Origin: Vicugna vicugna
Lineage: Eukaryota
Assembly: GCA_013265495.1 (NCBI GenBank)
Contig: MU058198.1
Location: 6,525,779 to 6,589,778 of the forward strand
Direction: 5' to 3'
DNA: 64,000 bases
Of this stretch, positions 62,801 through 64,000 are shown one piece after another. The notes under the pieces were generated by a model, which was not told where the DNA came from, made no database searches, and was given only the letters and a program-made list of their open reading frames with translations. Each line of letters opens with the position of its first letter. Position 1 is the stretch's first letter. Made by a program: the position numbers and the translations under genes.

Positions 62801-63109
62801 TTCCCCTGCAGCTTCAAGGCTTTCTTCTTCGTGTTTGCTGTTGCTGAGGCTTTTCAACTCTCTGCCTGACACCCAGTTGGCACCAGCTCTCAGCTACGAG
62901 GTCGCACCACCCCTAAGAAGAACTTGCCTTCCTGTTGGCAGGCACGCTAGCCATTCCTCCCAGCTTCCTTCTGTGTCCCCCTCGGAGCCTGCAGAGACTT
63001 CTGGAAGGCCTCTTCATCAGGCAGGGGCCCTGCAATGCCCCTCCCTCTTCCCCAGAAATACCCTCCCATCCCTTCTCTGCCCCATCTCTTTCACGCCCAT
63101 GGGTAGGTA

Positions 63110-63227
63110 GGCTTGTTGGAGAAAATACAGGACATATAGTTACATTTGAAGTTCAGAAAACCAACAAATAATGTTTTAGTATAAATACGTCCCAAATATT
63201 GCATTTTTATTTGCCAGATCTGGTAGT
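63110..63227. mobile_element. MER53-like hAT MITE, internally deleted
   Basis: AAAATACAGGAC..AGTTACATTTGAAGTTCAG...TTTTAGTATAAATACGTCCC...TTTTATTTGCCAGATCTGG. Confidence 0.65.
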
Positions 63228-64000
63228 GCAACTCGTGGGGCTGGATGTGTCTGTAAGGACCTGGGCCAGCAAATTCAGCTAGGGAGGGAGTTGTTCGTCT
63301 CCCTCTCCCTCAAAGACCCACACTTCTTGGGGGACCCTTTTGCTGCCTTTCTTTCCCTCTGCCCTCTTCCCACCACATCCTTGCCTCTGGACTGGCCCCC
63401 AGGAGGGGGAGGGAGGAAACCCCACCCCAGCTCCTCGCCATCTCAAACTCTCCCCTCTGACCCCTTTCCAGATGGTGTACATTTTCCCTCTTCTGGCAGG
63501 AGAAGCCCTGTTCTCCCACTTGGCTCCCGTCCCTGGTCCCTTCTGTCTCACACCTGGCACCATCTTTTGAACTGGTGGTTTGGGCTCTTCAGCTCCATCC
63601 CCAGCTGCTTTTGCGGGGGGTGGTAGAAAACTACACAGTATTTCATGTCTCACGTTAAAAGGCCGCCACAAATCAACCCCTCCACGCCATCCTGCGGTAC
63701 CCACACTCTCCCCTTTGAGTCTTGCTGCCACCTGCCCATTTGACAGATGAGGACACTGAGGCTGAGAGAGGTCAGGGCCTTGCCGCAGGTCACACAGCTG
63801 GTGACTGGTGGGCTGGGGGTCTCTTTCAAGGGCCTTGGGGCTGCCCAGACCTGGGTTCCCTGCAGAGACTAGCAGGCCCTGTCGGAAGGGGCTGAGCAGC
63901 TGAGGCTCCAGGCCTCTCAGCCCACAAGGTCTGTTCACACAGGAGCTGGTGCTGCAGCCTCTGGGTGAAGCCTCATCCCACCCCCAGCAGCTGGGGCCTG

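Noticed and set aside
63279..63938. 219-aa minus-strand ORF near the window end
   Set aside because: Non-ATG start, crosses a MIR-like segment and has no recognisable protein similarity; no exon of a neighbouring gene could be identified.

Overview
Mammalian genomic DNA, probably camelid. The species call is an inference from nine copies of a short tRNA-derived SINE plus cetartiodactyl-type L1 3' ends. The window holds one intact protein-coding gene, SBK1 (SH3-domain-binding Ser/Thr kinase 1), on the + strand. It has a CpG-island 5'UTR exon (~27.3-28.1 kb) and three coding exons (44585-44810, 46179-46381, 47149-47994; 1275 nt = 424 aa + stop). The ~2.7 kb 3'UTR ends near AATAAA at 50709. Downstream is a decayed processed MICOS10 (MINOS1) retrocopy with 15-bp target-site duplications (TSDs) and a SINE nested at its polyA signal. 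The rest is intronic or intergenic sequence dense in L1, L2, MIR, MaLR/ERVL LTR and hAT MER relics. The most notable observation is a candidate distal exon ending at a splice donor at 4656/4657, 40 kb upstream of the SBK1 start. It would splice exactly in frame onto the SBK1 AUG and add a CxxC/acidic N-terminal extension that has no uninterrupted in-frame AUG. Other observations are uORFs and tandem donors in the CpG exon, two CTCF-like sites, homeodomain-motif clusters, a 31-bp tandem array inside a MER91-like element, and miRNA/PUM motifs in the 3'UTR. There are no prokaryotic-type systems such as CRISPR. Repeat family names were assigned by eye and repeat boundaries are approximate.
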